In this document: in pieces, positions 1 to 13,000 of the stretch | Layout: each line of letters starts with the position of its first letter | Numbering within the stretch: the stretch's first letter is position 1 | NCBI RefSeq assembly: GCF_964194155.1 | Contig: NC_135894.1 | Span: 57,102,001 to 57,166,000 of the forward strand | Direction of reading: 5' to 3' | Source: Cetorhinus maximus | Taxonomy: Eukaryota | DNA: 64,000 bases | The notes under the pieces: generated by a model | What the model saw: only the letters and a program-made list of their open reading frames with translations | What the model was told of the DNA's origin: nothing | Databases searched by the model: none | Position numbers and translations under genes: made by a program

Positions 1-1611
1 GACTTTATTTGTAAAATATTGTGGCCACCAGAATGTTCATATATGTACCATACATGCACTGTCCCTATTTGCCTTTGCACAATTTTGCCTCCAGCTAAAA
101 CTTCAGACGAGATCATACATTAAACAATTATTTAAATTGTAGAGAGCAGAACCATACAAAGATAGGTGCTTCATGTGTAGAACACAAACATCCTATTCAC
201 TCACAAATTTTATTCCCATTCAGTTGTCCAGACCCAACAAATGTGTGATTTCACAAAGAACAAGTACTTTATTATAGTTATAGCAACCTGAAGCATTTGA
301 ACTAAACATCACCGTTAATAATACAGTATAACATTGTATGCAAAGAAGTACCAGCAAGTTCATAATGAACTTTGATTTGTGGGTCCAGCAAGTTTCATTC
401 TTTTGCGAATGAAAAAAAAAATCAAAGAGTTCTCTTTTACATTTGCAGTGTGCGACCATTTATTTTCAGGCTGCATTTAGCAAATTTTAGTACAGGCTGG
501 TTTCTTAGTGATGTGCAAACTCACTCTTATTAAAGAGCTATTGATTACTAAATGCACCTACATGGGGAAGGTGGTGTACAAAACATATCTTCTGTGCTGT
601 AAACAAGATGATTTCTTTACAGAGTGGAAGCTCAAGAATTGCTTAAGTAGCAGAACAAATTCTTGCAAGAATGGGTGGGTGAGAGTCTTGAGCAGTTGTG
701 GAATACTTGCCTTTGGCATAGGTTTGCTGTACAGTTACGGAGCAAGGCCTAAAGGAAGCTTTGTTAAAAAGAAATTAAAAAGCACACATGACTTTTAAAA
801 TTGAAGGAAAGGGCTCACAGCCTAAAATCATTTCCCTAATAAAGAGCATGCAGCACTGTTTTGATCTGCAAAGACTCAATTATTCACCAGTGTCAATGAT
901 GTAGTTCAAAGGACACAGTACAAGCAAAAGGGATTGTTGATTATGATTGTATTTTAGAACACACAAAAGGCAAAATACCTCATCATCTGTCCATTGTGAC
1001 AGTCTCATAAATTTAATATATAACTGATTCGTGTAAAGATTGCAATTACCCTGAAGAAAGCAGCAATTACAAGTAACTCAAGTCTTTTACCCTACTGTAG
1101 TGTCATGGCAGTCCCTTTTGCCTGCAAGACTGAGTCAATATGCTAACAGTTAACAGATGTAGCACAAGGGACAATCCACCCCAACTGAAAGCAACCAGAA
1201 TCCTTCATGATGGACATCATTTTTTTTTGCAGCTAGACTTTCATTTAGGCTACCAAATTCATCCTGTGGGTAGATACCCTACAAAGGAAGGGCATCAAAA
1301 CATCATCCCGACTTGTGATCCACAGACCTAGAAGTGGTAACTGTGGTCAGCTTCACTGAAGACCATCTTCATGGCAGCTGAATGTTTACCGAGTGCATCA
1401 CAAAGAAACATCACTGTGACAAGATGCTGTTTAAAGTTTAGCATTCCTACTGTGATGTAGACAGCCATGATTGTATTGTGAATTCAGCTGATTTTCAATG
1501 TGCAGCAGATTTTAATTTTCATCTTCACTAAGGCCTGACAGATGGTTTACAAATTTTCAGCCCCCAAAGTTGCAGGATCCTGTTTATTGGCAAGTGCAAG
1601 CCCACTCCGGT
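1..1611 (-). other. TAB3: TAB3 3' UTR (may continue past the window start)
   Basis: Directly follows the stop codon. AT-rich, with no recognisable transposon, unlike the introns. Several AATAAA hexamers on the minus strand. Confidence 0.75.
4..9 (-). promoter_or_regulatory. Candidate polyadenylation signal AATAAA
   Basis: Plus-strand tttatt at 4-9; others at 209-214, 268-273 and 1583-1588. Which are used cannot be told from sequence. Confidence 0.4.
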
Positions 1612-1760
1612 TCAGGTGTACCTCGGCATTTCACACTGTTCACACCGGTTCAGCGCTGGGTGGTTCAGAAAGGTGCAGCTGTTGCAATTCCAAGGAGCAC
1701 CTTCAAAATCCTCATCACGTTGATGAGGTCTTGGGCTATATGCCATGACAGGGCCAGCTT
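1612..1760 (-). CDS. TAB3: TAB3 last coding exon, NZF (RanBP2-type) ubiquitin-binding zinc finger
   Basis: tgtattgcag|AAGCTGGC gives [49 protein letters not shown], with TGA at 1614-1612. W-x-C-x2-C-T-F-x-N...C-x2-C NZF signature. Too short to appear in the ORF track. Confidence 0.97.
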
Positions 1761-2284
1761 CTGCAATACAAGTAAAGTTAAGTTCAGATTAACAATCATA
1801 ATTTGCACACTCTAGTCTTAAATATTAGCAAAGAAAATGTAATCACCAAGTTTTCTGATTCAGAATATAGTCAGCACAAATAACTTAAGAAAAAATCGGA
1901 AAACGTTGCTTAAATTCAAGTTTTTCACCTATAATCTCAAGCATATGCACAAGCATAGTTGCCAAAAATATGCATACAATTTATCTCAGAATAGTATGCT
2001 GGCTATTCTTTTTCATAATGAAATTCTGGCATAGTCACTCTGCCAGGTTAACAGTTAAAAAATAATCCTTTGGATAGTCTCACAAACGGCATTTCCTTAA
2101 CTTGCTCATTGAATGTGTAGAGTTTAAGAATCGAATCACTAGACGAGATGGAAAAGTTAAGAATTTCAAAAGCTTCAGTATTAGATTTTATGAAACTCAC
2201 AATCAACCAAGGCAATGTAATACAGGAACCTAGGTCAGAGTTTTCTATGTACATCAAGATATTGGTTGAAGTGCATTAACTGCA

Positions 2285-2590
2285 GCTAGTGCGTGTTAAA
2301 GAACTGATTAATACTGTCCTTTCACCTCTGATACTTGGATTTGAACCCAAATGGAACGTGACTGTCCACAGATAGCTGTGAAATTAATCTGTGCAGTCAG
2401 CACTTAGTTCGATGTAGGTGTGCCAGTACTTCAGCACTGATTCAGTCTCACTTAGAGCCACCACACAGATGGGAAATAAAAATTCTTCTAGGAGATGAAT
2501 CAGATATTTGCTTGTCAGGTGGATTCAAGACACACTGCCTGGACAGTGTTGAAGGATCTTTCATTGAGATCTAAATTGAGAATACTCAAT
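2285..2590 (+). mobile_element. Degenerate tRNA-derived SINE, LF-SINE-like
   Basis: cctttcacctctg...ggatttgaaccca head with a B-box-like motif and a gacagtgttgaaggatcttt...atctaa tail. Recognised from memory only. Confidence 0.35.
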
Positions 2591-3428
2591 CGTGCAAAAC
2601 TTGAAAGTACTTTGAACTGTGAGAAGCATAATGACATACTTCAAGAGGGCATATAGAGGCGGAAATGTGGCAGTTGAAATTTAATACAGAGAAGTGTGAA
2701 GCAATATATTTTGATAGGAAGAACAAGGAGGAACAATATAAAATAAAGGGCACAATTCTCAATGGATTGCAGAAGCAGAGACGTTTGGGGCTTGTGTGCG
2801 CAAATCACTGAAGGGCAGGGCAGGTTGAGGAAGTGGTTAAAAAGACATTCCGGATCCTGTGCTTTACAATAGAGGCATAGAGTGCAAAAGCAAAGAAGCT
2901 ACGATGAACCTTTATAAAACACTGGTTCAGCCTCAACTGGAATAGTGCCCAATTCTGGGCAATGCACCTTAGGGAAGATGTGAAGGTTTATGAGAGGGTG
3001 CACCAAAGTTTATGAGAAAGATTCCAGGATGAGAGACTTAAATTAATGAGGATTAATTGGAGAAGCTGGGGTTGTTCTCCTCAAAGCAGAGAAGGTTGAA
3101 AGGAAATTTGATAGAGATGTTAAAAATCATGAGATGCCTTGACGGAGTAGATAGGGAGAAACAGTTTCTGATGGTGGATGGGGCGAGAACCAGAGGAGTC
3201 CAATTTAAGATGACTGGCAAAAGAAGCAATACGAACATGAGTAACCTTTCAATGAGTGAGTGGTTAGGCTCTGGAATGCACTGCCTGAGAGTGTGGAGGA
3301 GGCACAGCCAACTCTGGCTTTCAAAAGTCAGGGAAAGGGCAGGGCAGTGGGACTAACAGACATGTTCTTAGAGAGCTGACATGGGCCGAATAGCCTCCTT
3401 CCATGCTGTAACCATTCTATGATTCTAT
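2590..3428 (+). mobile_element. CR1 LINE 3' fragment
   Basis: Decayed RT C-terminus (EKLGLFSSKQRRLKGNLIEMLKIMRCLDGVDREK), ending in a CR1-type attctatgattctat tail. Confidence 0.85.
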
Positions 3429-3760
3429 CTACAAGATGCACAACAATTCGCCGAAGCTCCTTCGATAGTACCTTCAAACTCCTTACTTCTACTACCTAGA
3501 ATGGCAGCAGGCACGTGCAAAGACCAGCACCTGCTAGGTCCCTTCTAAGACACACATGTTGAAAATATATTGCTGGTCCTTTACTTTTGAAGAGTCACAA
3601 TGTTGGAACTCCCTCTTTCACAGCACTGTACGTGTAGCCATAGCACAAGAACTATAGTAATTCAAGTGGCTGGTTCATCACCTGTTTCTCAAGGGTAACT
3701 GGGGATGAGCAACAAATGCTGACTTTGCCAGTGATGCCCGCATTCCATGAACAAAGAAAT
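3429..3760 (+). mobile_element. 3' fragment of RTE-X-like LINE
   Basis: Tail aagggtaactggggatgagcaacaaatgctg...gatgcccgcattccatgaac matches the 3' end of the element at 5649-8420. Confidence 0.7.
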
Positions 3761-5648
3761 GGCACTGACCATGACAAGTACAAACATTTTTTAAAAATTT
3801 TAAATGTAGAGGACAGAAGAAAATAAGCAAAAATAAAAACATTTTGAATGCCAAACATCACTGTACAGCCAGGAGAGTGGAGTTGTAAGCATACAATAAA
3901 GTTGCAATGTAAACTATTACTAGCAAGTGCTGTACAAGAGGCTGAATTTAAACAACTGGCAATTATGATGTTTTTAAACACAATAATTCCCATGTATTTA
4001 TACAATGGACACAGATAGGGGAACAGAGCTTGGCCTCTGCTCTGCACTTCCTTTGGGTACCTCAAGTACAAAATACTTATGGATATGAACTAGGTGAGTA
4101 GGCCATTGCATTAAAGAAATAAGGGAGCAAAATAGTGATTATAGTGGGTCAAAAACTAGTTTTTCTTCTCTGCGACACTACTTCACATTGATTAATTAGG
4201 TGCAACTTGTGACATCTTTTAGTTACAGTCAATGCGCTATTGTAAAGCAGTTAATGTAATGTAGATTGCATACAATATTCTTCTAAATGAAAATTTAAAC
4301 TATCCTGAATTGGCTTTTTAAGAGTCTCTGTTGTTAAACTCGATCGAGTGCTTTGTTTTTCCTGTTCCAAAAAAAATGTACTATAGGACAAATTAGCATA
4401 ATAGGTGCAAATGCTGCTGCATTTAGTAACACATACAGAAATTAAATGCAAATATTTTAAATGAAGTTTTTGACAAGAAATCAGTCTAGCAACTGAATGA
4501 CAATATTTTTAAAATTGCAACAAAGATAGCTTTTCAATTTCAAGTGGTTTTTGCCTTCGTGCAGCGCTGATGGACAAGTCTGATACAACATTTTGAGATC
4601 ACTTATTAAGTGGCAATAAACCCTCTGTGCCATAATCTAGCTTAACTACTATATTAAAATTTGTGGTGCGCATCGTTGCCAGTTAGTATTCATTCGCTGG
4701 ACAATGATGCAGTGCAACATTTTTCTTCATGGATATTCTTTCTTTGTCATCACAATTTCAACACTAACAATTTAGTCAGGCAGAAGTACTTTTGAATTGA
4801 CAAATATTTCACGGTTTTTAAAAAAACTTATTACTTGTACCAGAATCATTGCTGTTTTGCACGTGGATCTCTTGTTTCATATCATCACAAAGAGGTTTGG
4901 GAATCCTGGCACAATGCCCTATTAGTGAGATTAAGATATAAATATGAAATGGAGAAAGATGCAGGATTCTTCACTAGGAGTAAGGGAAACAGAACTGTTT
5001 GCATTTGAAACCACAAAATCAATATATTCGCAATACAATTCAGAATTCATCACAGCCAAAGAAATTGAATTTTAGGGTTGCAAATATTTTGAAATGGCAG
5101 TACACGACCAGATAACGTTCTATATGGTGAGACTGCAGAAAAGAAAAATCACAAGTGAACATATTGGGGTATTTTTGAATATTACAGATGTAATAGCCAT
5201 TTGCATGTTTAACAGCAATGATTGGGATACCTTAGGGATCGATGCATTTAGCAACACAATTTCATTTGCATTGTATAGGAAAAGATGATGATGCACGAGA
5301 AATCGTCGCTGCAGCAATTAGAGTTGTCTCCAAACACTGGTTTAAAACGGCCAGGCATTTTCTCATGACAGCAACTCTAATTCAACCTGCTCAGTGATAT
5401 GAAAGGTGTTTGTCAATTGTATACTTGAATGTCCCGCATGAATCAAAGATTGTAAATTTTACCATTACTTAGTACACCAGTGTCTCGCCCAAAGTCCAAA
5501 TTTCTAGAATTTAAGTCATTGTGTAACATGAATACAAAGAGGTTGACTTAAAAGTTTTTTTATTGCTTAAGTTCGTCTATTTAGCACGTTTGGGGAATGG
5601 GTGATGCCAGTTAATTAAAAAAAAACCCAGCATTTTCAACCAGAAAGC

Positions 5649-8420
5649 TTTTTTTAATTCATTCACGGGGTGTGGGCTTCGCTGGCTGGGCCAGCATTTA
5701 TTGCCCATCCCTAGTTGCCCTCAAGAAGGTAGTGGTGAGCTGCCTTCTCGAACTGCTGCAGTCCATGTGATGTAGGTACACCCATAGTACTGTTAGGGAG
5801 TTCCATGATTTTGACCCAGCGACAGTGAAGGAACGGCGATATATTTCCAAGTCAGGATGGTGAGTGACTTGGAGGGGAACTTCCACGTGGTGATGTTCCC
5901 ATCTATCTGCTGCCCTTGTCCTTCTAGGTGGTAGTGGTCGTGGTTTGGAAGGTGCTGTTGAAGGAGCCTTGGTGAATTCCTGCAGTGCTTTTTGTAGATG
6001 GTACACACTGCTGCTACCGTGCGTCGGTGGTGGAGGGAGTGAATGTTTGTGGATGTGGTACCAATCAAGCGAACTGCTTTATCCTGGATGGTGTCCAGCT
6101 TCGTCAGTGTTGTAGGAGCTGCATTCATCCAGGCAAGTGAGTAGTATTCCATTACATTCCTGACTTGTGCCTTGTAGATGGTGGACAGGCTTTGGGGAGT
6201 CAGGAGGTGAGTTACTCGTCACACGATTCCTAGCCTCTGACCTGCTCTTGTACCCACAGTATTTATATGGCTAGTCCAGTTCAGTTTCTGGTCATGGTAA
6301 CCCCCAGGATGTTGAAAGTGGGGAAATTCAGTGATGGTAATGCCATTGAACATCAAGGGGCGATGGTTGGATTCTCTCTTGTTGGAGATGGTCATTGTCT
6401 GACACTTGTGTGGCACGAATGTTACTTGCCACTTGTCAGCCCAGCCTGGTTATTGTCCAGGTCTTGCTGCATTTGGACATGGACTGCTTCAGTACCTGAG
6501 GAGTCGCGAATGGTGCTGAACATTGTGCAATCAACAGCAAACATCCCCACTTCTGACCTTATGATGGAAGGAAGGTCATTGATGAAGCAGCTGAAGATGG
6601 TTGGGACGACGACAATACACTGAGGAACTCCTGCAGTGATGTCCTGGAGCTGAGATGAGTGACCTCCAACAACCACAACCATCTTCCTTTGTGCTAGGTA
6701 TGACTCCAACCAGCGGAGAGTTTTCCCCTCGATTCCCATTGACTCCAGTTTTCCTAGGGTTTCTTGATGCCACACTCAGTCAAACGCTGCCTTGATGTCA
6801 AGGGCAGTCACTTTTACCGCACCTCGGGAGTTCAGCTCTTTTGTCCATGTTTGAACCAAAACTGTAATGAGGTCAGGAGCTGAGTGGCCCTGGCAGAACC
6901 CAAACTGGGCATCAGTGAGCAGGTTATTGTTAAGCAAGTGCCGCTTGATAGCACTGTTGATGACCCCTTCCATTACTTTACTGATGATAGAGAGTAGACT
7001 GATGGGGCAGTAATTGGCCAGGTTGGATTTGTCCTGCTTTGTGTGTACAGGAGATATCTGGGCAATTTTACACATAGCCGGGTAGATGCCAGTATTGTAG
7101 CTGTACTGGAACAGCTTTGCTAGGGGCGAGGCAAGTTCTGGAGCACAAGTCTTCAGTCCTATTGCCGGAATATTGTCAGGGCCCATAACCTTTGCAGTTC
7201 AGTGCCTTCGGCCGTTTCTCGATATCACATGGGGTGAATCGAATTGGCTGAAGATTGTTGCGGATGCTTCAGCCTTATCTTTTGCACTGCTATGCTGGGC
7301 TCCCCCATCATTGAATGGGGATATTTGTGGAGCCTCCTCTTTCACTGAGTTGTTTAATTGTCCACCACCATTCACGACTGGATGTGGCAAGACTGCAGAG
7401 CTTAGATCAGATCCATTGGTTGTAGGATCACTTAGCTCTGTCTATTACTCGCTGCTTATGCTGTTTGGCACAGAGGTAGTCCTGCTTTATAGCTTCACCA
7501 GGTTGACACCTCATTTTTAGGTACACCTGGTGCTGCTCCTGGCATACCCTCCTGCACTCTTCATTGAACCAGGGTTGATCCCCTGGCTTGATGGTAATGG
7601 TAGAGTGGGGGATATGCCAGGTCATGAGGTTAGAGATTGTGTTCGAGTACAATTCTGCTGCTGCTGATGGCCCACAGCACCTCATGGATGCCCAGTCTTG
7701 AGTTGATAGATCTGTTCGAAATCTATCCCATTTAGCACGGTGGTAGTGCCACACAACACAATGGAGGGTATCTTCAATGTGAAGGTGGGACTTTGTCTCC
7801 ACAATGACTGTTCGGTGGTCACTCCTACCGATACTGTCATGGACAGATGCATCTGCAGCAGGGAGGTTGGTGAGGAGGAGGTCAAGTACATTTTTCCCTC
7901 TTGTTGGTTCCCTCCCCACCTGCCGCAGACCCAGTCTAGCAGTTATGTCCTTTAGGCTTAGCCAGCCCAGTCAGTAGTGGTGCTACCGAGCCACTCTCGG
8001 TGATGGACACTGACGTTCCCCACCCAGAGTACATTCTGCGTCCTTGCCACCCTTAGTGTTTCCTCCAAGTGATGTTCAACATGGAGGAGCACTGATTCAT
8101 CAGCCAAGGGAGGGCGGTAAGTGGTAATCAGCAGGAGGTTTTCTTGCCCATGTTTGACCTGATGCCATGAGACTGCATGGGGTTTGGAGTCGATGTTGAG
8201 GACTCCCAGGGCAACTCCATCCTGACTGTATACCACTGTGCTGCCACCTCTCCTGGTTTTGTGCTGCCAGTAGGACAGGACATATCCAGGGATGTTGATG
8301 GTGGTGTCTGGGACATTATCTGTAAAACATGATTGCGTGAGTATGATTATGTCAGGCTATTGCTTGACTAGTCTTGAGACAGCTCTCCCAATTTTGGCAC
8401 TGGCCCCCAGATGTTACTAA
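5649..8420 (-). mobile_element. 5'-truncated non-LTR retrotransposon (AP endonuclease + RT), tentatively RTE-X clade; frameshifted
   Basis: Minus-strand ORF fragments: YRPP and PTRGKNVLDLLLTN...IGRSDH (endonuclease); GPDNIP, ANYCPISLLSIISKVME, QFGF, ALDIKAAFD, AGVPQ, FAVD (RT). A-rich 3' end at 5649. Confidence 0.9.
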
Positions 8421-9079
8421 GGAGCTCTCAGTTGATCTCACGGGGATGTGGGCGTTGAGGTCTTGCAACAAGTGTGGGAATCTAGTGAGCAGCACTGAGG
8501 GAGCATGGTGCTGCAGAATAGTAGGAGGCTGAGACCAGAGTGAGGGCAGGCCAGGAAGTGTGGCAGCAGGCTGAAGGTCCGCCTAGGGCGGCAAATACCA
8601 TATACCGGTGTTGGCACCAAGACATCCAATATAAAGGAACCTGGTTTTGTAACTGGGGCAATCATCACAGCCTCAAGTTATCACTCTGTCGTGAAGTGAA
8701 ATGAGGCAGCATGACAATTCCTCTGGGTTAACCTTTCAGGACAACTGACAATGAAGCATATATCAGTCGGCCTGGACAACATCCTGGTTTGACTAACAAG
8801 TGATGTTTAATATTCATGACACCCCAGTGTTGGCAATGACCACCGCTAAGAAAAGGCCTCCCCCACAATGGGCTCCTTCTGCCTTTAAGTACCAGAATTA
8901 TTGGGCACCCCCGCCATCAACATCCTGGGGAAGAAGAGGGTCAATAACGGCCAGAAGTTTAACTTTACTGCGATATCAATATTGCGGCTACAAGAGCAGG
9001 GAAGTGACTTGGTATTCTGCGATGAACGCCACATCTCTCACAGCTCTAAACCTCTCTCCCTGCTGCAAGGTTGAAGTCA

Positions 9080-9530
9080 GAAGTGCGATGGAACGCTAAT
9101 TTGCCTGGACAGTTGCAGCTCTAACAATAGCAATTCAACAACATCCAGGGTAAATTAGTCCACTGGGTTGGTGAATTTGCTACCGAACTCAAAATCCACT
9201 CGGACCACTACAGCCACTGTGGCTGCAGTTTTCATCATCTGCAGAATGCACTGCAGCAATACCCCAAGGCTGTTTCAAAAGCAACTTCGAGCTTAATGGC
9301 ATCTACCACTAAGAAGAAAAGCAACAAGACCATGGGAACAAAAATGCCACAAAAGTTGGACATGTTCGAATAGTCCTTCATTGCTGGGTCAAAATCCTGT
9401 AACTCACCAATACCATTAGCACAAGGAATGCAGCGGTTTAAGGAGAAAATACTACCATCTTTTGAGGACAACTGCAGATGGGAAATAATATGGATTTGGC
9501 AGTCATCCACATCACAAAAGCAACAAGTAT
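9080..9530 (+). mobile_element. Old 3' fragment of the same RTE-X-like family
   Basis: ccttcattgctgggtcaaaatcctgtaactc and flanks align by eye to the 3' end of the 5649-8420 element. Confidence 0.6.
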
Positions 9531-10019
9531 GCAATCATCTAAGATGCATTCATTGAAGTCAGTATAACATTGTGAAGAGGATGTTGTTTACTGGGAGGTT
9601 AACAAAGGCAAAGTGGCAACACACTATATTGGAGGGCCTGTGCACTGTACAAATAAAGTGGGGAACTAGGTCCATTTTCTGCTGAATTCTCAACCTCGCC
9701 TTTGTACCACAAAGGCACCGAAAGATATTAAAAGCTGAAGGATGAGATGTCACATGCCGCCCTGTGGATGGCTCAAGCAGCATTAGCGGTCTGATAGCAA
9801 GTCATTCACCAACTCTCCAAAACAGGAGGAAAATGAGCAGATAATTACCATCATTCCCAACTGGCCCTCATCACTCACCACAAACTAGCCTCACCCACAT
9901 AATTATCTCCAGCAGTATTCTCTTAAATTCATTTCTATACTGCTCTTTTTAGAAATACAGAGAAGCTACAAAATGCAAACAGGTCATATGGCCAAAGTTC
10001 ACAGCAAGAGAGTGAGACA

Positions 10020-13000
10020 AACTGTGTGGTCATTTACAGTGAGAGAGTGAGAGGGGAGTGGGGCCTTTAACAGTGAGAGAAGAGTGTGAGACCATTAAAG
10101 AGCGCAAGAGGGAAAACAGCGTGGACAGCAGCTGATTGGTGAATAGGACTGGTAAGTATTTCTCGTTTTTAAAGTAAAAGTAAGGTCTTCAGTTTGTGTT
10201 TAGATCTCTAGTCTTTTTTTTCACTTTTTCTTAAAGGTAGCTTGTTATGGATAAGATCGATACTGGTGTGTATAAATAAAATTATAATGAAGCGTAAAGA
10301 GTGGGGATACTAGAGTAATTAATTAATAAATTGAATAAAATATGATACCAATGGCAGGACGGGTGATGTGTTGCTGCTGCAGCATGTGGGAGCTGCTGGA
10401 CACTAAGGGGGTCCAGAGCGAACACTCTGTACCAAGTGTTGCAGTTCGAGGAACTTCGGATCTGAGTTAAGGAGCTGGAGTCTGAGCTGCAGACATTGCA
10501 CCATATCAGGGAGAGGGAAAGTTACCTGGACACTTTGTTCGAGGAGGCGGTCACACTTCTCAGATTAGGTAATTCAAATTTGGTCTGTGATCAGGTGTGT
10601 GACTGCAGGTGAAGCAGGTGTAGGGACCCAGGGGGTAGTGTTCATGGAGCCTCAGCCCCTGCAACTGTCCAACAGTTACAAGGTTCTTGCAAGCTGTGTG
10701 GATGAGAGCGGGGACTGCAGGGAGGATGGGCCAACTGACCAGCGCACCATGGTACAGGGAACCATTCAAGTGGGGGGAGGAAATGGGAGTGTAGTAGTGG
10801 TAGGGGACAGTACAATTATGGGGGTAGGTACTGCTGTCTGCAGCCGCGAGTGTGAGTCCCGAAGGCTGTGTTGCCTCCCCGGTGCCAGGGTTAAGGAATC
10901 TCCTCAGGGCTGGAGAGGAACTTGGGAGTGGGAGCGGAGGGGTCCAGTTGTCATCGTCCATGTTGGTACCAACAACATTGATAGGATTAGAAAGGAGGTC
11001 CTGCTGAAAGAATTTGAACAGTTAGGAGCTAAATTAGAAAGCAGAACCTCCAAGGTAATAACCTTGGGATTGCTACCTGAGCCACGGGCAAACTGGCATA
11101 GCATAAATAAAGTCAAGGAGTTTAAATGCGTGGCTCAGAGAATGGTGTGGGAGTAATGCGTTTCAGTTCATGAGGAACTGGCACCAGTACTAGGGTAGAA
11201 GGGAGCTGTTCTGGTGGGACGGGCTTCACTTGAATTGTGCTGGGACCAGTGTCTTTGCAAACTGAGTAACTAGGGGTGTAGAGGGGTGTAGGGCTTTAAA
11301 CTAAATAGATGGGGCCGGGGATGAGGGGAGGCGGGGTTCTGGAAAGAGGAAACGTAGGCTTACAAAGCAAAAAGATATGGCAGCATTGCAGGGCAGCTAT
11401 CTAGGTAATGATATCCAGAGTGAGAGGAAGGGACAGAGTGTACAAACATTTTTTTTAAAAAGCAGCGAATAGGGTTAAAGGGGGAAAAATGGTAAAGAAG
11501 CAAAATTAATGGCCCTTTACTTAAATGTAGCATTCAGAACAAAATAAATGAATTAGCGGCACAAATAGAGGTTATTAGGTATGATCTTATAGCCATTACG
11601 AAGACATGGTTATAAGGAAGTCAAAGCTGGGAACTAAATATTCAGGGGTATGTGACTTTTCGAAAGGACAGTCAGGAAGGAAAGGGTGGTGGAGTAGCTT
11701 TGTTAGTACAATATAAAATAAGTGCGATAACAAGAAAGGATCTTGGATCGGAAGATGTAGAATCCATATGGGTGGAGGTAAGAAATAACAAAGGGAAGAA
11801 GATGCCAGTGGGAGTAGTCTATAAGCCTCCTGACAGTAGCAATGCTATAGGACAGAGAATAATTCAGGAGATAATGAGGGAATGTAAAAAAGGCAGTACA
11901 TTAATCATGGGTGACTTTAATCTTCATGTAGATTGGGAAAATCAAATTGGCAGAACTAGACACGAGCAAGAATTCATAGAGTGTATTCGAGATAGTTTCT
12001 TAGAACAATGCGTTGTGAATCCAACCAAGGATTTTGAATCTGGTAATGTGTAATGAGTTAGGTTTAATAAATGATCTCAGAGTAAAGGATCCCCTAGGAA
12101 ACAGTGACCATTATATGGTAGAGTTTAGCATTCAGTTTGAGATTGAGAAACTTGGGTTGGAAACAACTGTGCTAAACTTCAATAAGGGTAGTTACAAAGG
12201 AATGAGGGCAGATTTGGCTGGAGTGGACTGGGAAAGCAGATTAACAGAAAATACAGTTGATGAACAATGGCAGATGTTTAAGAAAATAGTTCATGACTCT
12301 CAACAAAGATATATCACAGTGAGGAAGAAGAATTCAAGGAAAGGGATAAACTGCTCATGGTTAACCAAGTAAGTTAAAGACAGCATCAAATTGAAAGGGA
12401 AAACATACAATGTGGCAAAGATTAGTGGTAAGCCAGAGGATTGGGAAAGTTTTAAAAACCAACAAAAGATGACCAAAAAAATAATAAAGAGGGAGAAAAT
12501 AAACTTTGAGGGTAAACTAGCCAGTAATATAAAAACAGACAGTAAGAGCTTCTTTAAACATATAAAAAGGAAGAGAGAGGCCAAAGTGAACATAGGCCCC
12601 TTAGAGAATGAGGCTAGGGAAATAATAATGGGGAACCAGGAAATGGCAGAGGAGTTGAATATATACACTGCTTCAGTCTTCACGGTAGAAGATACTAATA
12701 GCATTCCAAAAATACTAAACAATCAAGGGACAAATGCGTGGGGAGGAATTAAATACAACAACTATCACTAGAGGAAAAGTACTAGGGAAACTAATGGGGC
12801 TAAAGGCTGATACGTCCCCTGGACCTGATGGGTTGCATCCTAGGATATTAAAGGAAGTAGCTACAGAGATAGTGGATGCACTGGTAGTAATCTTCAAAGA
12901 ATCCTTAGGTTCTGGAAAAGTCCCAGAGGATTGGAGAACGGCCAACGTAACACCTTTATTCAAAAAGAGAGGGAGACAAAAAAAAATAGGTAACTACAGG

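Noticed and set aside
1542-1815. Plus-strand ORFs over the last exon
   Set aside because: Antisense shadows of the NZF-coding exon.
8430-9060. Moderately GC-rich stretch, possibly a decayed DNA transposon or exon
   Set aside because: No recognisable protein motif, TIR pair or splice-consistent frame.
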